Positions 25,830 through 38,650 of a stretch of DNA of 64,000 nt are shown in pieces (the stretch's first letter is position 1; every line of letters starts with the position of its first letter). The notes under the pieces were generated by a model that saw nothing but the letters and a program-made list of their open reading frames with translations, did not search any database and had not been told where the DNA came from. The stretch is from contig OX597837.1 in NCBI GenBank assembly GCA_951406725.2, positions 42,222,001-42,286,000 of the forward strand, given 5' to 3'. The position numbers were made by a program, and so were the translations under genes. The DNA comes from Octopus vulgaris (taxonomy: Eukaryota).

Positions 25830-26030
25830 TACCATCATCATCATCTAACGTCTGCTTTACATGCTGGCATGGGTTAGACAGTTTGACTGGAAACTGGTAA
25901 GCCTGAGAGCTGTACCAGGTTCCAGTCAGATCCGGCTAGGTTTCTACAGCTGGATGCATTTCCTAACACCAACCACTCCAAGAATGTAAAGAGTGCTTTT
26001 ACATGCCAATTATGTGACACCAGCATCAGC
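25830..26030 (-). mobile_element. Repeat family C, diverged
   Basis: CATCATCATCATCTAACGTCTGCTTTACATGCTGGCATGGGTT... Confidence 0.8.
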
Positions 26031-26106
26031 TACAACACACACACACAAGTGCATGTTAAGTGTAAGTATATATATATATATATAAATATATATGTGTGTG
26101 TGTTTG

Positions 26107-26146
<40 letters not shown>

Positions 26147-26252
26147 ATTACAGAGCTTTGAGCTTGTATGTTGAAAGTTATACAAGTATAATAACAGGTC
26201 CAGCACAATAGCACACCATGTGACAACAAGCACCTTACGCTACTGGTGTCTA

Positions 26253-26288
<36 letters not shown>

Positions 26289-26599
26289 AGTGGACAACAA
26301 AACAAGTACAGCAAAATATTTTTACTTCTTTATATAAAATGCACTTTTATCTCTATGTGAACTGACAGCTATGAATCCTAGTTCTTTCAAAAATTTTACA
26401 TCCTTCATATTCGCTCCTCCACCAAACAAAAAAAAAAAAAAAAATTTACACACATATGTATTTATGTGTCTATATGTATACGTGAGTGTGTGTGTGTGCA
26501 TTGTGTACATAGAAGCGTTTGTACGTGACAATGGCAAAGTAGTATTTCACAAGTAACTACACTCGTGAAATGAATTCTTTCCAGACACTTATAAGGCTC

Positions 26600-27435
26600 C
26601 ACAGAAGTAGTGGATAACTTCTCATATTTATGTGGCCGTATTGATGGTGAAGGTGGACACTGAAAGCCTAGTGGTCAAAACGAGAAGAAAGTGGAAAGTG
26701 GTCAGAAAAGCATTACTTTCGCAAGTAAGAAACAGTTTCACTGAGTGAATGAGGGACAAAGTGCAGGATGTTTGTTGCATGAAGTGCAATATTATTGTAT
26801 GGTAGCAAAACATGGGCATTGAAATGAAGCAAGAATGCTCCAGAAGATGTGTGGTGATAGGGTGCGTTAACAACGGAGTATGAAAGAACTGAGAGAGAAA
26901 CTGGGTATCTGATGAGTGAGACAGGAGACTGTACTGGTATGGACATGTGATGTATATGTTTCTTTACTACCCACAAGGGGCTAAAACATAGAGGGGACAA
27001 ACAAGGACAGACAAACGAATTAAGTTGATTACATCGCCCCCAGTGCGTAACTGATACTTAATTTATCGACCCTGAAAGGATGAAAGGCAAAGTCGACCTC
27101 GGCAGAATTTGAACTCAGAACGTAACAGCTGACGAAATACAGTGACACATTTCACCTGGCGTGCTAACGGTTCTGCCAGCTCGAAAATATGCCAAGAGAT
27201 TTCAGTGAATGGAACCTGTGGATGAGGAAGGAATGGGGCAGATGTGGTGAAAACTGTTCCCAGGAAACTGGATGTAAGAGGAGTGAGTTGTAGCATTGAA
27301 GACAGATGATTGTGTTGGTATGGGTATGAGATGTATATGGTGGATGATAGTGGGACAGAAAATATGCCAAGAGATTTCAGTGAATGGAACCTGTGGATGA
27401 GGCAGGCACGGAATAGATGCGGTGAAAACTGCTCC
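26600..27435 (+). mobile_element. Decayed RTE ORF2 3' region interrupted by a family B SINE (26958-27182, minus), with an internal 175-bp-period duplication
   Basis: Remnant words WYGHV and QEISVNGTCG*GR. GAAAATATGCCAAGAGATTTCAGTGAATGGAACCTGTGGATGAGG at 27183 and 27358. Confidence 0.7.
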
Positions 27436-27839
27436 TAAAATTCTGAACCTTATAAAAAAAAAAATAAAAAAAAGATGAGAAGTGACTGCAACAAGTGGAG
27501 AGATACAGTGCTGGAGAAAATTTATCCAACACATATAAGCATGGAAATACAGACTTATATGATGATGTTGATGATGATAATGACAATGATATAACCGCTA
27601 ATGTGTGTGTGTTAGTGGCTTTACGTGTATATATTAATTCACTGGATTCATAGATACCTGCATGAAATTATGACATGAATTAAATTAGACAAAAGATAAC
27701 TCCCCCACCATTACCATTACACACATATTAGTACTTATAATCGGATATTTTATAAACTTAATCTTCTGGTTATATTTAAAAAGAAAACTTTTATATGGAT
27801 GTGGATATGGAGGATTACACTAAAAACCGTTCATGTCTG

Positions 27840-28230
27840 AGTGTATGTAAATGTGTGTGTGTATGTATGTATGTATGTATGTATGTATGTATGTATGAGT
27901 GTATGTATGTATGTGTGTGTGTGCATGTATGCATGTATGTGTGTGTATGTATGTATGTGTGTATGTATGTGTGTGTGTGTGTGTATGTGTGTGTATGTAT
28001 GTATGTATGTATGTATGTGTGTGTATGTATGTATGTGTGTGTATGTATGTGTGTGTATGTATGTATGTATGTGTGTTTGTGTATGTATGTATGTATGCAT
28101 GTATGTATGTGTGTATGCATGCTTGTATGTATGTGTGTATGTATGTATGTGTGTGTGTGTGTATGTATGTATGAATGTATGTATGTATATGTGCATGTCT
28201 ATATGTATGTATATGTATGTGTGTGTGCGT
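27840..28230. repeat. (ATGT)/(GT) compound microsatellite
   Basis: Read directly. Confidence 0.97.
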
Positions 28231-28749
28231 GTACTGAACTTTTCATGAATGTATGGACGTAGCATTAACAACAAGCATCTCTAATTATATTAATGTGAAC
28301 GATGTTTGCAACAAAACAAACAAATGAAAAATCATAAAGATACATGTATGTGATTGATGATGTCTCCTGCAACAGGTTTATGGAGTGGGAAGTAGGTTGG
28401 CAGAGTTAAGGATGCAAGCAACAAATATATATATATATATACAGGGATAGAGTGCCCGACAACAACGACAACAGCAACAGCAACAACAACAACATGTGGA
28501 CAAACAGAGCGATAGGTAAGCAGAAAAATAACTGCTGACTGTGAAAGCCTTGTTTGTTATTGGTATCGGTTGTTAATTCTACGAGAGCTTTGGGGTTAGA
28601 GCATCAGCATTTGAACTGATTTGTGTTCCTAATGATTCACCGGAAATTGCACATTTGGGAACAGACACATAAATATCTCGGAGAGGCTTTGCGTGTATAT
28701 TTCCATGTTCCCGATTCTCTTCAGTCATTCATTGTTTGTGTAGCATACA

Positions 28750-29130
28750 TCTTTTATTCTTGTTTCGGTCATTAGGCTGTGGCCATGCTGGGGCACCGCC
28801 GTGAAAGAAATTTTTAGTCAAACGAATCGACCCCAGTAGTTTCCCTTTTTAAAGTCTGATACTTGTTCTATTGGTCTGTTTTGCTGAACTGCTAAGTTAG
28901 AGGGACATAAACAAACCAACACCAGCTGTCAAGCAGTGTTGAGGGACGAACACACACATATATATATGATGGGCATCTTTTCAGTTTCTGCCTATCAAAT
29001 CAACTCACAAGGCTTTTGCCTAGTCTGAGGCTATAGTAGAAGACACTTACCTAAGATGTCATGCAGTGAGACTTGAACCCAAAACCATATGGCTGGAAAA
29101 CTAACTTCTTACCACACAGCCACCCCTGCA
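28750..29130 (-). mobile_element. SINE family A, diverged
   Basis: Colinear similarity to 46-461. Confidence 0.82.
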
Positions 29131-29881
29131 TGCACACACACAAACACACACACTTACATACATATAAATATATGTATATATATGCAAATTTAGACGTGTG
29201 AGTGTGTGCATATGAGCATTTGTGTCTTCTTGTTTCAGATCTTGTGATATTTGTAAATAAGCTTCACTGTCATACAAGCAGTGTTATTCATTTCCAGTAT
29301 TTTGTGAAAATATTTCCTGCTAGGAGGGGACCTTAGTTTGCTTGCAAACTGGTGGAGGTTGATAATGAGAAGAGCTGTAGAAAATCTGCCTCAACAGATT
29401 CTGTCTGACACAGGGAAGCTTTCTTCCTGGTGACCAAGGAACCAAGCTGCTCTATCTGATAATGGCTGGGACACTAGGACAACAAGAAGTTCAATGAGTC
29501 GCAGGTTTTATCTTACCCCTGTTTAAGAGACTATCCTTCACCAAGACAAATGGTTTATCAAGAACTTACAGTCCAACATTCATTCCCCATCATGAATATT
29601 CCTCTGTCATTACATATCGTAGTTGGTGACCCTATGCTCAGTTCATTCATCATATAGACAGGGACTGTTTTTGTCCTCCTGGGTTCCTAGCAACCCTTCA
29701 CTCAACACAAGCCTGATAGGGGACCTAGTTTAGTCACAATGACCTAGCCATGTTTTGGATACATATATTTAAGCATATATATATATATAAGTAAAAATTT
29801 AGATTCAGATGAATACGGTACTTAAGTTGAAGGCACCAGAATTTAGTATGGTATTATCCATATAATTTAAAATAAGGTGAT

Positions 29882-29959
29882 TATAATCAAAATAAGCAAC
29901 AAGGATATCCAGAGGTAATGCAGTACCTTTGGATATCCTTGTTGCTTATTTTGATTATA
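29882..29959. repeat. 78-nt near-perfect hairpin
   Basis: 30-bp perfect arms (29882-29911 / 29930-29959), then G.T, then AGGTA/TACCT, with a 6-nt loop ATGCAG. Confidence 0.95.
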
Positions 29960-30609
29960 TATATATATATATATATATTTGAACTGGTGTGTTATATCAA
30001 AGCACTATGACCTCCCCAGACACAACAAAATATATATATGAACATTTACATATAAGAATGCTTTTATATATACCTATGTATTTACACACACACACACACG
30101 TCTATACATATACATTATACTCCTATACTCCTATAAATACAGATACATACACAAACACATGGGTAGCTGTATTCAAGTACATTTAAACAGTAAAAGAAAT
30201 TCACCTAAAATAAAATCAACAGCGTAACATAATTCTATTATCATTTTAATTTTCTTGTAAAAATTTGTTTCACAACTCAATCATGTGTGTATAATATACA
30301 CACACGCACCTTCACACACACACACCCATATATATACTATATACTTTAACCCATGCAAGCACTGAAGAATAACGTATGATGATGATGCATATGAATGCAC
30401 ACATGCACAACACACACACACACACATATATGTATACACATAAACATACATAACTACAGGCAGACACATATATATATATATATATACCTATGTACATATA
30501 CACATAGGTTACACACACACACACAGAAAGAGACATACAAGCCTGTACACCACCTCACACATGAGTGCGCGCACACACACAGAGAAAGAGACACACACCA
30601 ACCTGTACA

Positions 30610-30641
<32 letters not shown>

Positions 30642-30803
30642 AAATATGTAAGTGGTTACATATTTCATTCTCAAACATGACACATACATAACTACACATG
30701 AATACCTTTATTATTTATTATTTATTATTATTATTATTATGGTATAACTTTCAATCTTTTGAAATTGTGTGTAAATTACAATGACAATGATGATGATAAA
30801 AAA

Positions 30804-30848
<45 letters not shown>

Positions 30849-32523
30849 GATAATAATAATAATTTCTAATAATAATATTAACAAATATAAACAGCTAAAA
30901 AAAAATCTTTTGAAAAAAAATTAAATAAAAACCAAGTAGACAACACAGAGAACACTGTATATTATGATTCAGAAAATGAAAACATATATATATATACACA
31001 CACACATGTATGTATGTATGTACGCATTACCCAAGTAAAAAGTTATTAAATTTACAGGTTTATAAAATTTGACAATTTCATGTTATGCCCTGGATATTAT
31101 TAAATTTAGATTGCAAATATAAAAAAAAAAAACAATATAAGAACGAAATAAAATGAAAACGATATATATATAATACAAAATAATATAAAGTGGAAATTGA
31201 AAATAATGGAAAGACAAAAGGGGGAGAATTGTCAAATTTATCAATTTATCAAGTTAAAACTTTCAGAATGTAGAAATTTATAATAATTTAGTAATTCCTT
31301 TTTTTTTTTTTTTTTAACTTTGTTTTTTTTTCCCTCCCCCTCTCTTCACTTTACTGTGCAAATATTCTTCCCTGTTCAAGCTGTTAGTTAACAAAGATAT
31401 TTGGTTTTGGAAATTTCACATGAAATATAACTACAAGTAAGCTTGTCTTTTTTTTCTTTCATTTTTTCATTTTTTTTTTCTCAATATCGAAATGATTTAT
31501 AACCCTTCCTGTCTACCCCGACCTACCTACCTACCCGCCCACCCATCAGGGCCTCTTGTAATATGCGAATCAAATGGGTTAGTGATGTATCATTTTACAC
31601 AAATGGGTGTGGAAAGATGACAGGAATTAATTGAAAAGCTCCTTGTTAAAGGGCGCAACAACATAATATAATTTACAATAAAATCAGTAAAAATTTCATG
31701 GGTCAATAAAGACACTTGACACCTCTAACAATGATATATATATATATATACGTATATATATCTTCCTTCATTCAAATTGAAGGAAAAAGAAAGAAAAAAA
31801 TCCAATAAAAGTTTGTTTCTAATTTGTCAAGGCCTTAACTTGCAGTTTAAGAAAAGTTATATTTTCAGAAATGTTGCATAAGCGAATCCAGATCTAATGA
31901 CACAGTATTTCGTGATGTGACAGTGTTGATAATTAATTTAAATACTTTCGTGTGTTGGGCACAGGACAAAAAAAAAAAAGGGGGGGTGTTAATAATGGGT
32001 GGGGCAAAGGAAAACAAGGAAGTGAAGTAGGGGTTGAAAAAAACTTGTTGATATCAATTATAAAGTTAGAAAAAGTTTTACATCTTAACCAACAACAAGG
32101 TTGTTCTGTTTGAAAAACAATTTGTGCATTGTTATTGATGAAGAAAAAAAAAATAAATAACGTATCATATGTTCACATCTCAATAACGGTCCTATTATAG
32201 GAATTGAACCTGTGACCCAAGAGAGTCCTGTGTACGATATATGTGTGTGCATGTATTTTGCAAGGCAACTGACTGCAGTAGATTACGTTGCATCAACAAA
32301 ACAGTGTGACAGACAAAGAGAGCTGATACGAGTGAGGGAGAAATGCCTGAACACGGCGGACAATGTAACAAGTTACAGTTACAGACAAGCGTAATCATGA
32401 TATCGCAATATCACTGACGGTGGCTGAGTTAGTACATACGATACTAGCACTGTGTGACACTCTAGTAAAACTTCAGTGCAAGGATTAGGTATTACACACA
32501 ATATATATATATATATATATTTT

Positions 32524-32638
32524 TAATATGCTGGCCATTGATAAAATTTTTTTCAAAAAAAATTTTATCCTACATTAAATAAATATATATATCTATAAAG
32601 TTTTTTTGAAAAAAATTTTATCAATGGCCAGCATATTA
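32524..32638. repeat. Inverted repeat, 38-bp perfect arms
   Basis: TAATATGCTGGCCATTGATAAAATTTTTTTCAAAAAAA (32524-32561) and its reverse complement (32601-32638). Confidence 0.95.
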
Positions 32639-33185
32639 CAAAAAATACCTTTAATGGTTAAATTTATAAACAACTTATAAATAAGGGCAAACAAAAAAAT
32701 TTCTAATGCCAAATATGCCGAAATTAGACACATTGTCCATAACCATATAATTTTTCACAATACACACGCTATATATATATATATATGTGATACACATGTA
32801 CATACATATAGATGCACACATTTATTACAATCTCTCTTTCTCTTCTTCTACATACGTGCTCACATACACACACACACACTTTAGTTGTTTTCCTTAAATT
32901 TCCTATTTACTGTACTTACTCATGCAAAGTCACATATGTGTAAAAGTTGCACCCCTAACTTAATGAGAAATAAATCTTGATACAAAATTTTTGCTCTGTT
33001 GTCAGTTTAAGCTTTACCCAGTGTAAAGTTGCACCCAAGTTTTTTTCTTTTTCTTTTCCAATAAGAATCAAGTATGAAAAAGGACTGACTTACACACCCT
33101 TAAATATAATAAGTTGTTTTCCCTAATTTTTACTCCTTCCCCACTTTCTTTCAGTGCCAAAATATGAAGGAAGAGGATCTATTAA

Positions 33186-33423
33186 CCATTCTTGTCATCA
33201 CTTTTCCACAGATATAAATAGTCTTTTTTTTCGCCTTTTTTTGCAATTAAATTAAATATTGAAGTATTTAGTAAAATTATTTTTATTCCGAAGCTAGTGT
33301 TTGGAACACAATCTAACATGAAATTTTGATGGAAGATTCTAATTTAGATAATTTTAGATGAAAAGTGTGTATCAGAGAAGCAAGGGCTGGGCAGCCTTGC
33401 GCAGGATGGTATCACTGAAAGGG
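33186..33423. mobile_element. piggyBac-type MITE (decayed)
   Basis: TTAA at 33182-33185 and 33424-33427. Ends CCATTC.../...GAAAGGG. A related partial inverted copy lies at about 49365-49518. Confidence 0.6.
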
Positions 33424-33763
33424 TTAAAGCTAGAGGTGTGAACTGTCACTATTGATCTGTGGAATTCTTATCGATGTGATTGTAAAAACATGTTGCTGTG
33501 CCCTTTAACAAGGAACTTTGAACTCATGTCCTTCTTTCACACCAATTTCAGCAAAATGATACACCACTAACCCAGTTCATCCACACGAGGAGTTGAGGTT
33601 GGGATGGAACACGGACTTATTAAAAAAAACAGAAATAGAGGGTAAATTTTGCAAGTTGCAAAATGTCCAAAAATCAAATATCCTTGATAGTGAAGAGAAA
33701 ACAGCTGTAGTGAGAAGAAGGTTTGTGTGACAGTGGTGGGGAAAGAAAAACCATTACTAAATC

Positions 33764-33848
<85 letters not shown>

Positions 33849-34003
33849 CTGTATTCTGAAAGTTCTTGTTCAGGCACTTTTCTTCCACTCATTTTATAAT
33901 TCTCTTATTCTGTCACTATGTTGTCAATGCAGTAGTCAGTAGTTTCCCCACGACACACATTCTTGTACACATACATACATACATACATACATACATACAT
34001 ACA

Positions 34004-34039
<36 letters not shown>

Positions 34040-34416
34040 TTCACAAATGCACACCTACATATTGCATAGATGCATAATTATATGAATATCAGATACATAT
34101 ACACACACACTCACATGTGTGTGTGTGTGTGTGTACAGAAATGCACACGTATAGATGCACACATATACGCAGATATTCACACACACATGCATACACGAAG
34201 ACATGCATATCATATGTATATAAACACACACATACACACATTTATAAACAAACACATACACACATTTATAAACAAATACATACATAAACATATATATACA
34301 CACATACAGCATCATTATTTAGCGTCTGCTTTCCATGCTAGCATGGGTTGGACGGTTCAACTGGGGTCTGGGTAGCCAGGAGGCTGCACCAGGTCCAGTC
34401 CGATCTGGCAAAATAT

Positions 34417-34477
<61 letters not shown>

Positions 34478-35144
34478 CATACATGCACATATAAATAAAA
34501 CACATATATATACGTATACACATGTGTGTGTGTGTGTGTGTGTACACATACTCACACACACACACATATATATATATACATATTCACACACACATGCAAC
34601 ACTGAAATTCTTAAATGCTAAATGGAGCCGAGGGTGTTTGGTAAGGTAAGAACAAAAAATAAATAAAACAACCACCTGCAAACCAAATAAACGCTAAGCA
34701 GACGCAAACATTTACAATCAAACGCAAAGCCACAACAGACGCACAAGAAAGCATGGGCAAAAAAAAAAAACACAAACAAACAAACAAAAAAAACCAACAG
34801 CGCAGCGAATGTTGTCTTGTTGCAGCTAGTGATGCTGCTGCTGATGCTGCTGTTGTTGTTGCTGTTGCAACTGCTAATGTGCATGTGGTTCAGAACATTG
34901 CGAGAGAAGAAATAAAAATTAAAATATTTAAAGAGAAAACCTTAATGGAAATGAGGAAGGGGGGGAAAAAGACCCCTCCCTCCCCCATCAGCATCACAGA
35001 CAATGCTGATAGATGTATATAGATAGACCCCTACTAATAGTCAAGTATAAGGAAATAACTGGTGACTGTCTAGAACAGAGTAACATGTAAATAACCGGCA
35101 CATGTCTAGACATCGTTATTATCATTACGATTATTATGACTACC

Positions 35145-35176
<32 letters not shown>

Positions 35177-35604
35177 CATCATCATTAATACTATTATTAT
35201 TATCATCATTATCACTATTATTATTACTATCACAACTATAATTATTATTATTTGAATTTAGAAAACAATAGTTGGAGAAGCGTATGATGGTATACTTGAA
35301 GTAAACAAAATATCTAATTTAATTTTAAAACTGAAAAAAACCCCCAAAAACTGTAATTTTTTTTCTTTTGGTTTTAAATAATGTTGATGCAAATTTAACG
35401 GCAACTGAACAAGAAAGCTGTCAAAATGATTGTAAATACAAGAGCGATATCGTGTGCATGTGTGTGTATATAGATGTGTAGGTGTGTGTGTGCATGTATG
35501 TGTGTGAGCACATGTGCATCTGCAAGTAGGCACATGGGTGCATGCATGTGGGGAAGTACAGCTGTATGTAAGCACATGTGGGTATACATGTATGTGTGTG
35601 TGTG

Positions 35605-35638
<34 letters not shown>

Positions 35639-36089
35639 TATATATAGATATATATAGAGAGAGATGGATAAATAAATATACATGTGCTTGTGTGTATGCA
35701 CAGAGATAAATAAACTTGTATATGTGCACAAATGTGTGTGTATGTATAATATATATATATATACATACACATGCACATATAACATGTAAACACACCCATA
35801 CATATATGCACACATGTGCACATATCTGCATGCAAGCACGCATCTGCATACAAGTACTGTTAAATGACACTTCTGCTTTAGAAGTTAATTAGAAACGAAG
35901 GAGGAAAATAATGGAAAAGGAAGCCGGTGGAATATTTGAGGAGAATGAAAGGAACAGCCAAACAAAGAGGGAAAGAAAAAGAGAAAAGAAACAAAGACCT
36001 CCTGTGAACACGGGAAAGATGACAAGATTACCAACAGGGCCAACCCCCAGCTGCACTTATACACACACCCTTATTACATAAAAAAAAAC

Positions 36090-36124
<35 letters not shown>

Positions 36125-36407
36125 AGTCAAAAAAACACTGATACAATGATAGATGCACTACATAATCCAAAGGAATTATATAAACAAATAAGCATGTGTG
36201 TGTGTGTGTGTCAGAGGGTGTGGGATGAAGGGGGGGGATTAATTATTCAGTTAATTAATTAATTGAATCTTACCTGGATGATAATAGTCTATTTTTCAAA
36301 GAGATCCAATCTTTATAATAGAAATGTAAACTGGTATAATGATATAAGTTTTACTATTTTCCTGCTTGGCAATAATATATACACACATATATATATTTAT
36401 GTATTTA

Positions 36408-36440
<33 letters not shown>

Positions 36441-36611
36441 ATATATACTATATATATATTATATAAGTGTATATATGTACATATATGTGTACATATACGC
36501 TTGTGGTCAAGACAAGTCGGAATGAGCAGACAACAGGAAGAAGCGATACATGTGGCAATGTCAGGGATGCCAACGTTATAACAACGCTGATGGTGGCATA
36601 CCGGTTATGCT

Positions 36612-36646
<35 letters not shown>

Positions 36647-36940
36647 CAGTGGTTTCAACAGCAGCAGGAGCAGCAATAGTTGTGCTCAATGGCAGCAAGC
36701 AAAGCAAAGCAAAGCAAGCTGAAATTTACTGCCTGCATATGAAAAGCATCTATCCATCGCCCGATGGACAGCCATAGTAACTCGATTGTATAACCAACCA
36801 TGCTCGGATCCTAAGGAGAACCACAAGCAAACTTTTATTGATTTCTATGGTAACACACACACTGTCGCTCTCTCTCTCTCTCTCTCTCTCAATATGCACG
36901 GCTGCCTGATGAGTAGCACTCACACTCGTCCTCGTGTAAC

Positions 36941-37040
36941 ACCCCACCCCCACCCCACCCCCCCCACCCCCACCCCCACCCCCACCCCCACCACCTCCAG
37001 CTGTACTCCAGTAGGGGAGATTAAGGGGGGGGGGGGGGGG
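36941..37040. repeat. (CCCCA/CCCCCA)n tract followed by a G16 run
   Basis: Read directly. G4-forming potential on both strands. Confidence 0.9.
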
Positions 37041-37042
37041 TG

Positions 37043-37742
37043 TCACTGACCTGCAAGAAATAGCAGCAAAAAGCTATACCCTACCGCTTTGGGAAACTAG
37101 AACATGCGACAACTGCGTGATGAGCAACTCCCACACTCTGCTTCACATAACTCATCCCACACATGCATACACACACACACCTGCGTCTATACTCTAACGA
37201 GGAAGAGCATGTGGTCATTTGACCTGCTAGAAATGACAGTCAAAATTCCCTAAACTCATGTCCAGCTGTCTCGGAAAAGAGAACATGAGACAACTGCCAG
37301 GTGAGTAGTGACCACACACTTCCTCATGTAAACCCTCCCAAAAAACCATTTATACTCCAATAAAGGAGACTATGTGGTCATTTGACCTGCTAGAAATAAC
37401 AGTCAAAATTCCCTCAACTCATGTCCAACTGTCTCGGAAAAGAGAACATGAGACAACTGCCAGGTGAGTAGTGACCACACACTTCCTCATGTAAACCCTC
37501 CCAAAAAACCATTTATACTCCAATAAAGGAGACTATGTGGTCATTTGACCTGCTAGAAATAACAGTCAAAATTCCCTCAACTCATGTCCAACTGTCTCGG
37601 AAAAGAGAACATGAGACAACTGCCAGGTGAGTAGTGACCACACACTTCCTCATGTAAACCCTCCCAAAAAACCATTTATGCTCCAATAAAGGAGACTATG
37701 TGGTCATTTGACCTGCTAGAAACAACAGTCAAAACTCCCTCA
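37043..37742 (+). repeat. 163-bp tandem array (3 near-identical units, a partial unit and a diverged leading unit)
   Basis: GTGGTCATTTGACCTGCTAGAAA starts at 37211, 37374, 37537 and 37700. Diverged unit from about 37043. Confidence 0.96.
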
Positions 37743-38054
37743 AGAGAACATGTGGTGTAGTCATAAATGAATAATAAAATGGAATGGTTATGACTAGAAT
37801 GTCTTTGATCAGAGGTTTGCTTGTACGGGGGTTGACCTAGGGCTAAACTATAATAACTCTGGCATGTCCAGAAATGTGAGGGGAAAGTTGGGTAGAAGCA
37901 GCTAGACTTGCAACCAGACTCCATCCACTCCAAACACAACACAAAACCCCTGTCCCATCCCTCTTGACCCTTGTACTAACAGAAAAACAGGTTTAAAAAC
38001 AAATACAAACAAATCTAAGCTGTACAAAAAAACGAAAGTAGGTGAGTAAAATAA

Positions 38055-38140
38055 AGGTTCAAGTCTTGTTCAGTCCCACTGCAAGGTACCATGGGCAAGT
38101 GCCGACTACCAAAGCTGGGCCCAGGCAGACTAATGCCTGT

Positions 38141-38189
<49 letters not shown>

Positions 38190-38384
38190 TCTTATTCTTT
38201 TACTTGTTTCAGTCATTTGACGGTGGCCATGCTGGAGCAACGCCTTGAAGGGTTTTTGTTTAGGAAATCGACCCCAGGACTTTTTTTTCTTTAAGCCCAG
38301 TACTTATTCTACTGTCGTGTGTGTGTATATATTTATATATATATATATACATATACATACATACATACATACATACACACACAC

Positions 38385-38431
<47 letters not shown>

Positions 38432-38650
38432 TGTATGTATGTATGTATATGTTTGTGTATCTGTGTTTGTCCTGCCAACATCACTTGACAACCGATGCTG
38501 GTGTGTTTACCTCCCAGTAACTTAGCAGTTTGACAAAAAAGGCTGATAGAATAAGTACTAGGCTTACAAAGATAGGTCCAGGGGTCGATTTACTTGACTA
38601 AAGGCAGTGCTCCAGCATGGCAACAGTCAAATGACTGAAACAAGTAAAAA
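38055..38650 (+). mobile_element. Plus-strand family A SINE with an opposite-orientation family A tail (about 38190-38310) inside its microsatellite
   Basis: GTTCAGTCCCACTGC head remnant. Tail ...GACTGAAACAAGTAAAA at 38647. Inner TTTACTTGTTTCAGTC at 38198. Confidence 0.8.

Noticed and set aside
24880-25830. Balanced-composition sequence that looked exon-like (ORF 25639-25827)
   Set aside because: Stops in the frames I translated and no recognisable motif; probably an old TE, but I cannot assign it
27795-28274. Long ORFs of [15 protein letters not shown] type here and elsewhere
   Set aside because: Microsatellite translations that lack stops because of their composition
36550-36777. Plus-strand poly-Ala ORF (75 aa)
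   Set aside because: Driven by the (GCA)n repeat; non-ATG start, no domain or splice support
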